Assembly (NCBI GenBank): GCA_051873995.1
Contig: JBJEFL010000028.1
Location: forward strand, 73,183-137,182
DNA from: Bacillus sp. (in: firmicutes)
GTDB taxonomy: Bacteria; Bacillota; Bacilli; Bacillales; DSM-1321
Direction of reading: 5' to 3'
DNA: 64,000 bases
Shown here: positions 43,724 to 54,536 of the stretch, piece by piece
How positions within the stretch are numbered: position 1 is the stretch's first letter
How the letters are laid out: every line of letters begins with the position of its first letter
Notes under the pieces: model-generated
Seen by the model: the letters and a program-made list of their open reading frames with translations, nothing else
Told to the model about the DNA's origin: nothing
The model's database searches: none
Program-made: the position numbers and the translations under genes

Positions 43724-45793
43724 GTGGAAGTCTCAACCGGTAAACGGTTTATGAAATGGGCGAAGATCCTTCGAGCTGGAGTCTTTCTCTTTTTGATAGG
43801 CTTTTTCCTTATACTCGTACTGTATGCATGTATTCTCTTATATGCAAGAATACTAGGAGCACCACCGTTGGCCGTTCCGCAAACCTCTCTATTTTACAGT
43901 GAAGACGGTACTCTTTTCGGAGAAACAAATGCAGGACAGAAACGATATTGGGTTCCATTAGAGGATATCTCACCTTATTTAGTGTCTGCTGCACTCGCCG
44001 TTGAGGACCAAAGCTTTTATCAGCATAATGGCTTTGATTATAAACGGATTGCAGGAGCCGCACTGGCCGATGTAAAAGCGAGGGCTAAGGTGCAAGGAGC
44101 CAGTACCATTACGCAGCAATATGCGAGGAATTTATTTTTAAGTCATGAAAAAACGTTTTATCGTAAAGTGAAGGAAGCCTTATATACCGTTCGATTGGAA
44201 ATGAATTATTCAAAGGATGAAATTCTTGAAGGCTATTTAAATACTATTTATTACGGGCATGGTACATACGGCGTACAGGCAGCCAGTTTGTACTATTTCG
44301 GAAAAGATGCCAAAAACTTAACCTTGCAAGAAGCCTCTTTATTAGCAGGCATTCCGAAAGGACCTTCTTATTACTCACCTTTCAACTCATTAGAAAGAGC
44401 AACACAACGACAACAAATCGTTCTTGCATCGATGCGGAAAGCAGGATTTATTTCAACAAAGCAAATGGAACAAGTGCAGCAGGAACAACTTGTATTGAAC
44501 GGAGAGCATCCAGAGAAAGAAAGCATAGCACCTTATTTCTTTCAAGCCGTTCAACAGGCCCTCCAAACTGAGCTACAGCTAGATGAGCAAGTGATTGCCT
44601 TAGGCGGACTGAAAGTATATACGACACTCGATTTAGAGGCACAGAAGGCAGGAGAGACCTCTTTTCATAAATATGTAAATGACGATAGTGATTTGCAGGG
44701 AGCACTTATTGCCATGAATCCGAAAAACGGACAAGTGAAAGCGTTGATCGGCGGAAAGGATTATGAACAAAGCCCTTTTAACCGTGCTACACAAGCAGTG
44801 CGTCAGCCCGGTTCGACGATTAAACCAATCTTATATTATGCCGCCTTAGAAAACGGCTTTACTCCTTCAACGATGCTAAAGAGCGAAGCGACCACGTTTT
44901 CATTTGAGGATGGCAGAGAGGCTTATACACCACGCAACTTCAATTCGCAGTATGCCAATAAGGAGATAACTTTGGCTCAAGCCATTGCGCTATCCGATAA
45001 TGTATATGCCGTGAAAACCCACCTCTTTTTAGGGGAAAATGTATTGAAAAAAACAGCCGAAAAATTCGGTATTGAAAGCGAAGTTGAGGCTATTCCATCT
45101 GCCGCACTTGGTACCTCCGGTGTACGAGTAATCGAGATGGTGAATGCTTATGGAAGAATTGCCAATGGTGGAAAAGCCATTAAACCGGTTTTCATAAAGA
45201 AAGTGGAAAATCATAAAGGGGAAGTCATTTATACAGCACCCTCTTTCAAAGAAAAGACACTCAATTCCGACCAAACCTTTGTTTTAACGAGTATGTTGAC
45301 AGGCATCTTCAACCGTGACTTGAATGGTTATGCTTCCGTTACAGGCTCAACGGTGGCCTCACAGCTTTCTAGACAATATGCCGGAAAATCTGGAACAACA
45401 GAAACCGATAGTTGGATGATCGGCTATACGCCGGATTTAGTGGCAGGCGTATGGACCGGATATGATCAAGGAAAACAATTGACCAATCCAACGGAACGAA
45501 CGTACGCCAAAAAAATATGGGCAGCATTTATGGAAGAAAGTTTGCAAGAGTCCACCTTTGACGTATTTCAACCAATCAGCAAGGATGTCGTCGCGCTCCA
45601 CATTAACCCTGAAAGTGGAAAAATCGCGACAAAACAATGCCCAGTTGCTATCTTGACGTATTTCGTCAAAGGAACGGAGCCGACGGAATATTGTACCCTC
45701 CATCTTGATGAAGAAGAAGCGCCAAATAATGAAAAGCAGGAAGAGAAAAACGAGAAAAAGCCATGGTATAAACGATTAATACCTTTTCTATAG
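43724..45793 (+). CDS. pbpG: Class A penicillin-binding protein (PbpG/YwhE)
   Basis: Glycosyltransferase EDQSFY, GASTITQQYARN, RKVKE; transpeptidase SxxK (STIK), SDN, KSG. Confidence 0.92.
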   Translation: MEVSTGKRFMKWAKILRAGVFLFLIGFFLILVLYACILLYARILGAPPLAVPQTSLFYSEDGTLFGETNAGQKRYWVPLEDISPYLVSAALAVEDQSFYQHNGFDYKRIAGAALADVKARAKVQGASTITQQYARNLFLSHEKTFYRKVKEALYTVRLEMNYSKDEILEGYLNTIYYGHGTYGVQAASLYYFGKDAKNLTLQEASLLAGIPKGPSYYSPFNSLERATQRQQIVLASMRKAGFISTKQMEQVQQEQLVLNGEHPEKESIAPYFFQAVQQALQTELQLDEQVIALGGLKVYTTLDLEAQKAGETSFHKYVNDDSDLQGALIAMNPKNGQVKALIGGKDYEQSPFNRATQAVRQPGSTIKPILYYAALENGFTPSTMLKSEATTFSFEDGREAYTPRNFNSQYANKEITLAQAIALSDNVYAVKTHLFLGENVLKKTAEKFGIESEVEAIPSAALGTSGVRVIEMVNAYGRIANGGKAIKPVFIKKVENHKGEVIYTAPSFKEKTLNSDQTFVLTSMLTGIFNRDLNGYASVTGSTVASQLSRQYAGKSGTTETDSWMIGYTPDLVAGVWTGYDQGKQLTNPTERTYAKKIWAAFMEESLQESTFDVFQPISKDVVALHINPESGKIATKQCPVAILTYFVKGTEPTEYCTLHLDEEEAPNNEKQEEKNEKKPWYKRLIPFL

Positions 45794-45814
45794 CTAGAGT
45801 CGACAAAAATATGA

Positions 45815-45848
45815 AAACAGGCTGCTTCTTAGTAGAAGTAGCCTGTTT
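45815..45848. terminator. Terminator between pbpG and ywhD
   Basis: AAACAGGCTGCTTCT / AGAAGTAGCCTGTTT. Confidence 0.75.
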
Positions 45849-45983
45849 CGTGTCCTAGCTTCAATGACGTTGTACATTGAATTTCAGTTTACTCATTTTT
45901 CTTCAAAACAACAAGAGAAATTGGAGCTTTTTTAAAAAAAATTTACATTCTGGACACCCTATCACTTTTGAAACAATCAAAGC

Positions 45984-46496
45984 TTAAGCCTCTTGCTGAC
46001 TTAACTGTATTTTTAGCTCTTCTTCAGAACGTTCCCACATACCTAAATCATGCTGTTGTAAAAAACCTTTCAACAATGCCTTCGATTTCGCATCCATATG
46101 ACTGACAATCATTCTTCTTTTCATTGCCTTATCTAGATTATTCACATGCTCCGGCAACGATTTGTAACCGCGACGAATACTGCGATCAACAGTCATTTCA
46201 CAAGCTGCAACCCCGGCATAGTAAGGACCTTCTTCATCTCGTTCAATCGCAACCCAAACAATCCAATATGGCTTACCATTAGGGACTTCTTCTTTATTCG
46301 TTAAAAATTTGATGCCTTTTTCAACCGGACTTCTGGCATGCATGGCTCCAATTTCAACATACGCTTCTCCCGCTTCCACATCAATGATGACAGGCGAAAT
46401 ATTCTCCAAACTCAATGACCCTTTTCCGAATCCTTTATGGCCATCCATCGGATCATTTTTTATAATATTGAACTGCATTTTTTTCTTATTTTCCAA
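45984..46496 (-). CDS. ywhD: YwhD family protein
   Basis: FNIIKNDP.DGHKGFG.G.LSL, HARS.VEKGIKF, GYKSLPEHVN; synteny. Confidence 0.9.
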   Translation of the reverse strand: MENKKKMQFNIIKNDPMDGHKGFGKGSLSLENISPVIIDVEAGEAYVEIGAMHARSPVEKGIKFLTNKEEVPNGKPYWIVWVAIERDEEGPYYAGVAACEMTVDRSIRRGYKSLPEHVNNLDKAMKRRMIVSHMDAKSKALLKGFLQQHDLGMWERSEEELKIQLSQQEA

Positions 46497-46514
46497 TCCA
46501 AAACCCTCCGAACT

Positions 46515-47177
46515 TTAGAAAAATAGATGATAGAACAATGTATCTAACATGGAAAAAACATTTGGTATCACCGTTTGAAAAATCGGCTGAATAGTATATT
46601 GATCTAGCGGTGTGATAACCAATATTAAGAAAATCAATGTACCATACTGTTCATACTGTGTCATCTTCGCCCGGATATTTGTCGGGGCCAAATCTTCAAT
46701 AATCCGATAGCCATCCAATGGAGGCAACGGCAACAAGTTGAACACAAACAGTAGAATATTAATACTGATTAGATAGCGCAAGAAATCCGATACATAAAAC
46801 GGCAAATCGGTGATGCCTGCAGCTGCTGTTCCGTATACGACAGCAAAGCCGATTATGGCCAACAATAAATTACTCACCGGTCCTGCCAAGGATACTAGAA
46901 CCCCAGCAAGGCGCGGATTTTTGAAATGATACCTGTTGACCGGAACAGGACGAGCCCACCCAAAGCCGGCAATCAGCAAGAATAACGCTCCGATGGGATC
47001 GATATGCTGTGCGGGATTCAACGTCAATCTTCCTTGATTTTTCGCCGTCGGATCACCAAATTTATACGCTACGAAGGCGTGTGCAAATTCATGGATTGTA
47101 AAGGCAATCATTAATACGACAATGACATAAGGCAATTCTTCCAATTGAAAAGCTAATAAACTATTTAAGAAATCCAC
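46515..47177 (-). CDS. ywhC: Site-2 protease family (M50) membrane peptidase
   Basis: HEFAH, GRLTLNP..HIDP, AGPVSN, FNLLPLPPLDG. Confidence 0.92.
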   Translation of the reverse strand: MDFLNSLLAFQLEELPYVIVVLMIAFTIHEFAHAFVAYKFGDPTAKNQGRLTLNPAQHIDPIGALFLLIAGFGWARPVPVNRYHFKNPRLAGVLVSLAGPVSNLLLAIIGFAVVYGTAAAGITDLPFYVSDFLRYLISINILLFVFNLLPLPPLDGYRIIEDLAPTNIRAKMTQYEQYGTLIFLILVITPLDQYTIQPIFQTVIPNVFSMLDTLFYHLFF

Positions 47178-47260
47178 GTCTCACACTCCTCATCATTCGT
47201 ATTATTTAGTATATCTTATTATGACTGGAAAGTTTAATAAGAAAACCCTTTTCTATTCAT

Positions 47261-47350
47261 GTCTTCGCCAGTCTTGGCGCGCCTCGACTGACAAACATTT
47301 TCAAACCAGTCTGAAGGGAACGTTTTGAAAATAAGGTTTCTCGACAACCT
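47261..47350 (-). mobile_element. MITE-like repeat family A, copy 4 (left 90 bp, inverted)
   Basis: Reverse complement matches the first ~90 nt of copy 1; flanked by a 22-bp direct repeat with one mismatch (47239-60, 47351-72). Confidence 0.75.
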
Positions 47351-47480
47351 AAGAAAAACCTTTTCTATTCATCTAAACGGGCACCTTCAGCACGGTCAGA
47401 ACTATAGCGCGCATTCTTGATTTTCTCGTCCATTTATGAAAAACTACAATCATACATATAGAAAGGAGAAAGTGAATCAT

Positions 47481-47666
47481 ATGCCATACGTTACAGTTAA
47501 AATGCTTGAAGGTCGCACAGAAGAGCAAAAACGTGCACTAGTTGAAAAAGTAACAGAAGCTGTTTCAGAAACAGCTGGTGCGCCGAAAGAAAACATCGTG
47601 GTCTTTATCGAAGAAATGTCTAAAAACCACTATGCAGTCGCTGGCACACGCTTAAGCGATAAATAA
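47481..47666 (+). CDS. ywhB: 4-oxalocrotonate tautomerase family protein
   Basis: 61 aa MPYVTVKMLEGRTEEQKRALV, catalytic Pro1 after Met removal; RBS GAAAGGAG. Confidence 0.95.
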   Translation: MPYVTVKMLEGRTEEQKRALVEKVTEAVSETAGAPKENIVVFIEEMSKNHYAVAGTRLSDK

Positions 47667-47860
47667 GAAAAGCGCAAGCGCCCGTCTAGCGACGTATGAG
47701 GCTCTCAGGATGAGAGTCACAACGGCGTTGTCACAGGACGTGACGACCTTAGCCGTTGTTCCTTACTGTCTGACTGAGATAAAGGAAACACGAAGAACGA
47801 AGTGATTCGATGTTGACGAAGTACACTAGTCGCTGGGCGCTGAAGCTAGACAGCTTTCAA
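47667..47860 (+). repeat. Intergenic repeat family B, long fold-back copy
   Basis: GAAAAGCGCAAGCGCCCG..AGCGAC...GTCGCTGGGCGCTGAAGCTAGACAG; ends are complementary; homologous to 39408-39510; starts right at the ywhB stop. Confidence 0.75.
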
Positions 47861-47903
47861 GCTTCAGCATTATATAACTTTCTTATCTTTTAAGAAAAGT
47901 GCA

Positions 47904-47936
47904 AAAGCCCTCAATCTACTTAGCGTTGAGGGCTTT
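47904..47936. terminator. Terminator between ywhB and ywgA
   Basis: AAAGCCCTCAA / TTGAGGGCTTT. Confidence 0.7.
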
Positions 47937-47941
47937 GTCTG

Positions 47942-48466
47942 TCATGGAAGTTCAGGTACTCTCACCTTTGCTTTTTCCGTTAATTTACGAATATATGCAT
48001 ATGCTTCATCAATTTCACTCAGTGTATAATGTTGCTTACTCTTTACCACTGCCACCTTCTCGATTACTTCTTCCTTCGTCAGCGCTTCGAAATATAAAAT
48101 GGTTGATACTAATTCGAGAAAACGGGCATTTTGTCCATTCATATCCTGTAAGCACTCCTGTAGAGCCGGAATATCCAGCTCATATAAATGTAAGAAATCT
48201 TCGCCTGCTTCCGTTATGGAATAGCAATATTGATAGTAACCATTCTTCTTTTCCTTCGATTCCTGTAAATAGCCCATTTCACACAGCTCCTCTACACGAA
48301 GCGTTAACTCCTCCGAATAGGGTCCATAAAAGTGAAATTGGTATTTTTCCTGAAAAGGGAAATCTACCTTTTTGGCGATATAAATAATCTTTTGCAGCTT
48401 CTTTCTTCCTTCAATCTCCCCAACCGACTTCACCGCATGAATGATTCTGGCATGATCAATAAACAC
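47942..48466 (-). CDS. ywgA: YwgA family protein
   Basis: GRKKLQKIIY..FHFYGPYSEEL..FLELVSTILYF; downstream of ywfO. Confidence 0.88.
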   Translation of the reverse strand: MFIDHARIIHAVKSVGEIEGRKKLQKIIYIAKKVDFPFQEKYQFHFYGPYSEELTLRVEELCEMGYLQESKEKKNGYYQYCYSITEAGEDFLHLYELDIPALQECLQDMNGQNARFLELVSTILYFEALTKEEVIEKVAVVKSKQHYTLSEIDEAYAYIRKLTEKAKVRVPELP

Positions 48467-48536
48467 TCTTCTTCCTCCTTAACTGGATACCGATAATACG
48501 CGTTCCTTTCTTTACCCTATTTTCTCGTAAACATAA

Positions 48537-49841
48537 TTAGTCGATACCTAAAAGAGAACGTATTTGTCCCTTAATATTCTGCTTTGATGATTCATCCCGC
48601 AAGAAGTCTTCCGGAAAATATAATTTATGATCCGTTCGTCTCTTACCCGTCACTGCATCCACTATCTCGGATTCACGCGATAATTCTTTAATTTCTCCGT
48701 TACTTGTTAAGAGATGGATCGGCAAGCGTTCTTCCTCTTCCCCCGGACGATAGAAATCATAAGGCAAATCAGAGGAAGAGTCGACCTCCAAATAATAAGC
48801 AGGGTCAATGCCGGCTTTCTTAAATAACGTCGTCAGTTGCATCAACTTATTCATCCCGCTTTGTGACGGTTGAAACTCTACATATTTAAATAAGCGTCGA
48901 TTGACAAAGCGTCTGCACAAGTCGCATAAAATCGGGTCTGTTTCATGCTCCCATTGCTGAAAATAATACATGACTATATTTTCATCCAATCTAATATAAT
49001 CTTGAACAGTCACTTTCCCGACAAATAAGGATTGAAAATGAGCAGGTACCACTTTAAACTCGTACCCTTTCTCGAACAGTTCCTTGGCACGATGCAAAAT
49101 CTTTGTCAAGATCACTTCCGCACTTCGCGTGACAGGGTGGAAATACACTTGCCAATACATTTGATAGCGACTCATGATATAGTCTTCTACCGCATGCATA
49201 CCGCTGCTTTTAATGACTACTTGATCTTCTTGTGGCCGTAGTAGGCGTAATAATCGTTCCATATCAAAATGCCCATAGCTAACACCTGTATAATAAGCGT
49301 CTCTTTGTAAATAATCCATCCTGTCCGCATCAATCTGACTGGAAATCAAACTGACGACCAGTTTGTTCGGATAAGTTTTTGCAATCACATCCGCCACTTT
49401 TTGCGGGAAATCAACACCCACCCGCTTCAGGACCGTATGGACTTCTGTCTCGCCTAAGATGATTTTTCTGGAAAATTCCTCATGGTCGAGATGAAAGACT
49501 TTTTCAAAGGAATGGGAAAATGGACCATGTCCAAGATCATGAAGAAGAGCAGCACACAAGGAAAGAAGCCGTTCTTCTTCATTCCATTTCGAGCGACCGA
49601 CAAACACCTCATCCACAATCCGTCGAACAATTTCGTATACCCCTAGTGAATGATTAAAGCGACTATGTTCAGCCCCATGGAAAGTGAGGAAGGTCGTCCC
49701 CAACTGTTTAATTCTTCTTAATCTTTGAAATTCTTTTGTTCCAATTAAATCCCAAATGACTCTATCTCGCACATACACATACCGATGAACAGGATCTTTA
49801 AACACTTTTTCTTCGTTTAACTTTTCACTAGCGTATCCCAT
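48537..49841 (-). CDS. ywfO: HD-domain phosphohydrolase (SAMHD1/EF1143-like dNTPase family)
   Basis: KDPVH, FQRLRRIKQLG, HSRFNHSLG, LLHDLGHGPFSH, DADRMDYLQRD. Confidence 0.93.
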   Translation of the reverse strand: MGYASEKLNEEKVFKDPVHRYVYVRDRVIWDLIGTKEFQRLRRIKQLGTTFLTFHGAEHSRFNHSLGVYEIVRRIVDEVFVGRSKWNEEERLLSLCAALLHDLGHGPFSHSFEKVFHLDHEEFSRKIILGETEVHTVLKRVGVDFPQKVADVIAKTYPNKLVVSLISSQIDADRMDYLQRDAYYTGVSYGHFDMERLLRLLRPQEDQVVIKSSGMHAVEDYIMSRYQMYWQVYFHPVTRSAEVILTKILHRAKELFEKGYEFKVVPAHFQSLFVGKVTVQDYIRLDENIVMYYFQQWEHETDPILCDLCRRFVNRRLFKYVEFQPSQSGMNKLMQLTTLFKKAGIDPAYYLEVDSSSDLPYDFYRPGEEEERLPIHLLTSNGEIKELSRESEIVDAVTGKRRTDHKLYFPEDFLRDESSKQNIKGQIRSLLGID

Positions 49842-50025
49842 AGATTAACCTCATCTTTATGAACTAATATATTTTCTTTTAGTGTATCATCTCCGGACAG
49901 GGAAATGTATGTATGATTTATGATTCCTTTTCGGACTTCGGTATCTTTGGATTCTTCCATAAAAAAATCACCCTGCATAGCAATGTATACAAGGTGATTC
50001 GATTCTATATAATAAGCAAAGCGAA

Positions 50026-50247
50026 TTATTTTAATTTCTTTTCCACTTTCTCTATCAGCTCATCTTCTGTAGGAGCTGCCACCGGACGACTGTTCACAAA
50101 TGCAAATGACTTCTTACGACCAGGACCACAATATGATTGACAAGCAATATCGATTTTCGCATCTGGATCCAATTGTTTCAGCTTTGGAACGAGCGTTTTA
50201 ATATTTGTCGCTTGGCATTCATCACATATTCTAAATTCGTTTGCCAT
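50026..50247 (-). CDS. DUF1450/YuzB-like small Cys-rich protein (YwzC-like)
   Basis: [11 protein letters not shown]...[13 protein letters not shown]; RBS AAAGGAA. Confidence 0.85.
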   Translation of the reverse strand: MANEFRICDECQATNIKTLVPKLKQLDPDAKIDIACQSYCGPGRKKSFAFVNSRPVAAPTEDELIEKVEKKLK

Positions 50248-50588
50248 CCTACCTAGTTCATTCCTTTCTGGCTTTATTATTACTATTGTACAACAGTCAG
50301 CATTAGTATAAATCAAATACACTAAACCATACTGTAAAATGTTTAAATAAGATATTCCTTATCCATTATACTTGGAATTGATTGCATATGGAGATATTCA
50401 TCTGTAGATGACGTGCATCCGCAACAATACCCTCAGCACCCTCTAGAAACGTTGATTTTTCTTCGCAGTTAAAACCACCACTGTCTAAAGAGAAATTCTA
50501 AGCGTATTTTACCCCTTCTCCCTACATAAGTCAAAATACACATCTTGTTACTCTACTGTTACTAAATTAGTAGCCTTTTAACCTTCGT

Positions 50589-50618
50589 GTATAAATAACC
50601 AGCGATTTGGTCAAAATA
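50589..50618 (+). promoter_or_regulatory. sigma-F promoter of rsfA
   Basis: GTATA-15 nt-GGTCAAAATA matches the sigma-F consensus; rsfA is sigma-F dependent in B. subtilis. Confidence 0.65.
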
Positions 50619-50688
50619 GGTACTAACATAATCCCTTAATAAGGAAAAAACATAAAATACTATTTTTAGAATGAAAGGAAGTAACCAA

Positions 50689-51423
50689 ATGAAAGTAAGA
50701 CAAGATGCATGGACAGAAGAAGATGATTTATTATTGGCCGAAACAGTACTCCGACATGTACGTGAAGGCAGCACACAGCTTAATGCTTTTGAAGAGGTTG
50801 GCGATAAGCTGAACCGGACATCTGCCGCTTGTGGTTTCAGGTGGAATGCTGTCGTTCGCCATAATTATGAAAAAGCACTTCAGCTTGCTAAAAAACAACG
50901 CAAACAAAGACACCGCTTACTTGGCAAAGAGCAAGGAGGAAAGAAAAAACTATTATATACACCTCCTGTTCCTTCCATTGTCGAAGTCGGCTTATTACCG
51001 GAACCAGAGGAATTGACGATGGTTGAACAAACCGAAGAACCGACAGCCCTCTATACAGAAACCATTTCAAACATCTCCAATCCGGTTGCTCAAATCACTT
51101 CTTTAGATGATGTTATTGCGTTTCTGCAATCTATGAATAAACAAAGTTTGCACAGTGAAGTACTACGTGCCGAAAACGAAAGATTAAAAGCAGAACTCTC
51201 GGAAGCACGCAATCAGCTTCATAAACTGAAGCAACTGAATGAAGAATTGGAAAATAAAATTTCTCATATGGAAGAAAACACGGAAACTATTCAAGAAGAT
51301 TACGAAACCATCATGAAAATTATGAATCGAGCTCGTAAGCTAGTATTATTAGAAGAAGAGGCACCACATGCCACGAAGTTCAAAATGGACCGAAACGGTA
51401 ATTTGGAGAAAGTCGCAGAATAG
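50689..51423 (+). CDS. rsfA: Forespore transcription regulator RsfA
   Basis: [39 protein letters not shown]; C-terminal [10 protein letters not shown]. Confidence 0.95.
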   Translation: MKVRQDAWTEEDDLLLAETVLRHVREGSTQLNAFEEVGDKLNRTSAACGFRWNAVVRHNYEKALQLAKKQRKQRHRLLGKEQGGKKKLLYTPPVPSIVEVGLLPEPEELTMVEQTEEPTALYTETISNISNPVAQITSLDDVIAFLQSMNKQSLHSEVLRAENERLKAELSEARNQLHKLKQLNEELENKISHMEENTETIQEDYETIMKIMNRARKLVLLEEEAPHATKFKMDRNGNLEKVAE

Positions 51424-51454
51424 AACGCTCAAGAGCTTTTTTGCGCATAAACGA

Positions 51455-51495
51455 ATAAATCCCAACTTACACCTTATATGTAAGCTGGGATTTAT
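51455..51495. terminator. Terminator between rsfA and lipL
   Basis: ATAAATCCCAACTTAC / GTAAGCTGGGATTTAT. Confidence 0.65.
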
Positions 51496-51509
51496 TATGA
51501 AGTCATCCA

Positions 51510-52349
51510 TTAAACGGGCCTTACGATTTCGTTTCGCTCTTTTATTCTTTGTAAATATGTTTCATACAGTTCATTTTCTTGCTCAGATAGAGGATGCTCG
51601 TATACATGTTCGCTGTGGTCCTCTAATGCGTTCAAAAGCCTGTCAACCACTTCCTCGACCGTCATATCCACTTCAAGCAATTCACTTAATGAGGCCATCA
51701 CAGTTGGATTGATGTTCGGATAATCAAACTTGGTTACCGCATCTTGCTTGGCAAGATCGTAAAACCGCTTAATCATCGTCGCTCTTTCAGCACCACTCCC
51801 AGTTACACATATATATATTTGAACAGCGACACCTTTTCTGATTCTGCGCTGTGAGATACCGGCAAATTTCTTGCCCTCTATACTCAAATCATAACTACCT
51901 GGACAATATGAACCGACGATTTCGCGCGCTTCTATAGAGACATCAAAATCCTTAAACATATACTGAATAAGCTCGTACATCGCATTATAGCCTTTATCGA
52001 TCTCAATTTTCTTCTGCTCTTCTGTAAAGACGAGCGAAAGATTCAAGACCCCTTCATCAAGAACGACTGCCAATCCACCTGAGTTACGAATAATTACATT
52101 TTGCCCCAACTCATTAAGAAATAGGACGCCTTCCTTAATGAACGGTAGCCTGCCATCTTGAATACCCAATACAATCGTATCATGATGTACCCATGCCCTG
52201 GCGACAGCATCCGTTAAACCTAGCCCTGCCGTATGACAAAGTGTATCGTCCGTAGCAAAAGATTGAAGCGCAGAAAAGGAAGGACCTAATGATGTATGAT
52301 CAATAAATCGCCAACGTTTCTGCATTAATAGAGAATGACTGTTATTCAT
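51510..52349 (-). CDS. lipL: Lipoyl/octanoyl-GcvH:protein amidotransferase
   Basis: [42 protein letters not shown]. Confidence 0.93.
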   Translation of the reverse strand: MNNSHSLLMQKRWRFIDHTSLGPSFSALQSFATDDTLCHTAGLGLTDAVARAWVHHDTIVLGIQDGRLPFIKEGVLFLNELGQNVIIRNSGGLAVVLDEGVLNLSLVFTEEQKKIEIDKGYNAMYELIQYMFKDFDVSIEAREIVGSYCPGSYDLSIEGKKFAGISQRRIRKGVAVQIYICVTGSGAERATMIKRFYDLAKQDAVTKFDYPNINPTVMASLSELLEVDMTVEEVVDRLLNALEDHSEHVYEHPLSEQENELYETYLQRIKERNEIVRPV

Positions 52350-52389
52350 TGCTCTCACCCCTCTTTTCTACATCTGCATACATTGAAAA

Positions 52390-53361
52390 TTACAGAGCTT
52401 GACCAGCCGTAATCAATGATAGCTTGTACACATCTTCCGCATTACAACCACGAGATAAATCATTTACCGGTTTATTTAATCCTTGTAGGATTGGTCCAAC
52501 TGCTTCAAAGTTACCTAAACGTTGTGCAATTTTATAGCCGATGTTACCAGCTTCCAGACTTGGGAATACGAATACATTTGCATCGCCTTTAATTGGTGAA
52601 TCCGGTGCTTTGCTTGCCGCAACTGAAGGAACGAACGCAGCATCGAATTGGAATTCTCCATCAATCAATAATTCTGGATCAAGTTGTTTTGCTGTAGCTA
52701 CTGCTGTTGACACTTTCTCTGTTTCAGGAGATTTTGCCGATCCTTTTGTTGAAAAGCTTAACATCGCTACTTTTGGTTCAATATTGAACGTACGCGCTGT
52801 TTTCGCGCTTTCCACAGCGATTTCTGCTAAGTCTTGACTATCTGGCGCAATATTGATTGCACAATCAGCAAATACATATTTTTCTTCGCCGCGCACCATG
52901 ATGAATACACCTGATGTTTTAGAAACGCCTTCTTTTGTTTTGATGATTTGAAGTGCCGGGCGTACTGTATCAGCTGTTGAATGTGCTGCACCACTTACAA
53001 GTCCATCCGCTTTATTTAAATAAACCAGCATTGTGCCGAAGTAATTTTCGTCCAATAAAATTTTCGCTGCATCTTCAGGCGTTACTTTTCCTTTACGACG
53101 TTCTACGAAAGCTTGAACTAATTCATCCATTTCAGCAAAGTTAGCTGGATCATAAATTTCGACAGTTTCTAGTGAAAGCCCCAATGCAGTTGCTTTGCTT
53201 TGGATTTCTTCCACATTTCCTACTAAAATTGGCGTTACCAATTTTTCTTCCGCTAATCGGCTAGCTGCCGTTAAAATTCTTTCATCTAATCCTTCTGGTA
53301 ATACAATTTTCAAATTATGATTTGAAATTTTCTCTTTTAGTGATGAAAATAAATCACTCAC
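52390..53361 (-). CDS. pta: Phosphate acetyltransferase
   Basis: VLPEGLDERI, TVRPALQIIK, FADCAIN, DGEFQFDAA, GNIGYK, DLSRGC. Confidence 0.98.
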   Translation of the reverse strand: MSDLFSSLKEKISNHNLKIVLPEGLDERILTAASRLAEEKLVTPILVGNVEEIQSKATALGLSLETVEIYDPANFAEMDELVQAFVERRKGKVTPEDAAKILLDENYFGTMLVYLNKADGLVSGAAHSTADTVRPALQIIKTKEGVSKTSGVFIMVRGEEKYVFADCAINIAPDSQDLAEIAVESAKTARTFNIEPKVAMLSFSTKGSAKSPETEKVSTAVATAKQLDPELLIDGEFQFDAAFVPSVAASKAPDSPIKGDANVFVFPSLEAGNIGYKIAQRLGNFEAVGPILQGLNKPVNDLSRGCNAEDVYKLSLITAGQAL

Positions 53362-53601
53362 AATAAATCCTCCTTTAATGTTCACATATAGTTAGAATAC
53401 CTTCTTCGACAAAAAAATTCTATATTAAACAAAAAATATCATTATTTATCTGATTTTCTTGTTTGTAAACGTTTATAATTTCGACATTCTTTTTTACTAT
53501 TCAAACAAGGAAATATCTTGTCAATCTTAACTGTCCATTTATTTCGACAACTTGTGATATAGTAGAAATGAAACAAAAAGGATACAATGGGAGTGATTTT
53601 A

Positions 53602-54345
53602 ATGAGTGAAGCTGCACAAACTCTTGATGGTTGGTATTGTTTACATGATTTCCGTTCAATCGACTGGACAGCTTGGAAAATGCTTTCTGACGAAGAACGA
53701 CAATCAGTGATAGCTGAATTTTTAAGTTTGGTAGAAACATGGAATAAAACACAAGAGGACAAGCAAGGAAGTCACGCTCTTTACACGATCGTTGGGCAAA
53801 AAGCGGACTTTATGATGATGCTTGTGCGTCCTACTATGGAAGAATTAAATGAAATTGAAACCGCGTTCAACAAAACAAAGTTAGCGGATTATACTGTACC
53901 GGCACATTCATACGTGTCAGTTGTAGAACTAAGTAACTATTTACCGGCAGGTGAAGATCCATATTCAGATCCTCATATTCGTGCTCGATTATATCCTACC
54001 TTACCTAAAGCAAAACATGTTTGCTTCTATCCGATGGATAAGCGTCGTCAAGGAAATGACAACTGGTATATGCTTCCGATGGACGAACGTCGTACTCTAA
54101 TGCGTTCACATGGCATGATTGGTCGTAAATATGCAGGCATTGTCAAACAAATCATTACAGGTTCTGTTGGATTTGATGATTACGAATGGGGCGTCACATT
54201 ATTTGCCGATGACGTTCTACAATTTAAAAAGCTTGTATATGAAATGCGCTTTGATGAAGTAAGTGCCCGCTACGGCGAATTCGGTTCTTTCTTCGTCGGC
54301 AATTTATTAAAAGAAGATCAGGTACAATCTTATTTCCATATCTAA
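53602..54345 (+). CDS. hemQ: Coproheme decarboxylase
   Basis: [60 protein letters not shown]. Confidence 0.96.
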   Translation: MSEAAQTLDGWYCLHDFRSIDWTAWKMLSDEERQSVIAEFLSLVETWNKTQEDKQGSHALYTIVGQKADFMMMLVRPTMEELNEIETAFNKTKLADYTVPAHSYVSVVELSNYLPAGEDPYSDPHIRARLYPTLPKAKHVCFYPMDKRRQGNDNWYMLPMDERRTLMRSHGMIGRKYAGIVKQIITGSVGFDDYEWGVTLFADDVLQFKKLVYEMRFDEVSARYGEFGSFFVGNLLKEDQVQSYFHI

Positions 54346-54367
54346 GTTAAGAAAATTGAATAATACT

Positions 54368-54407
54368 AATAAACTCTTATTTCCACGATAAGAGTTTATT
54401 TTTTTTT
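54368..54407 (+). terminator. Terminator after hemQ
   Basis: AATAAACTCTTAT / ATAAGAGTTTATT followed by a long T-run. Confidence 0.8.
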
Positions 54408-54413
54408 GCACAG

Positions 54414-54441
54414 GTATATTCCTGCCTACATATCATACATT
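54414..54441 (+). promoter_or_regulatory. Possible sigma-E promoter of cwlJ-gerQ
   Basis: GTATATT...CATACATT with 13-14 nt spacing; cwlJ and gerQ are sigma-E dependent in Bacillus. Confidence 0.4.
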
Positions 54442-54536
54442 TGTAAGAGTAAAGGTTATGTTTATCCGTAAATACTATCTTCTGATTTTTCCTGACAACA
54501 AACGTACTTCTGAGAATTAGCAACGAGGTGAAGATT

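Noticed and set aside
50330-50560. Possible decayed gene between the DUF1450 gene and rsfA
   Set aside because: A strong purine-rich RBS-like stretch is present, but no start codon or recognisable protein segment was found in any frame.
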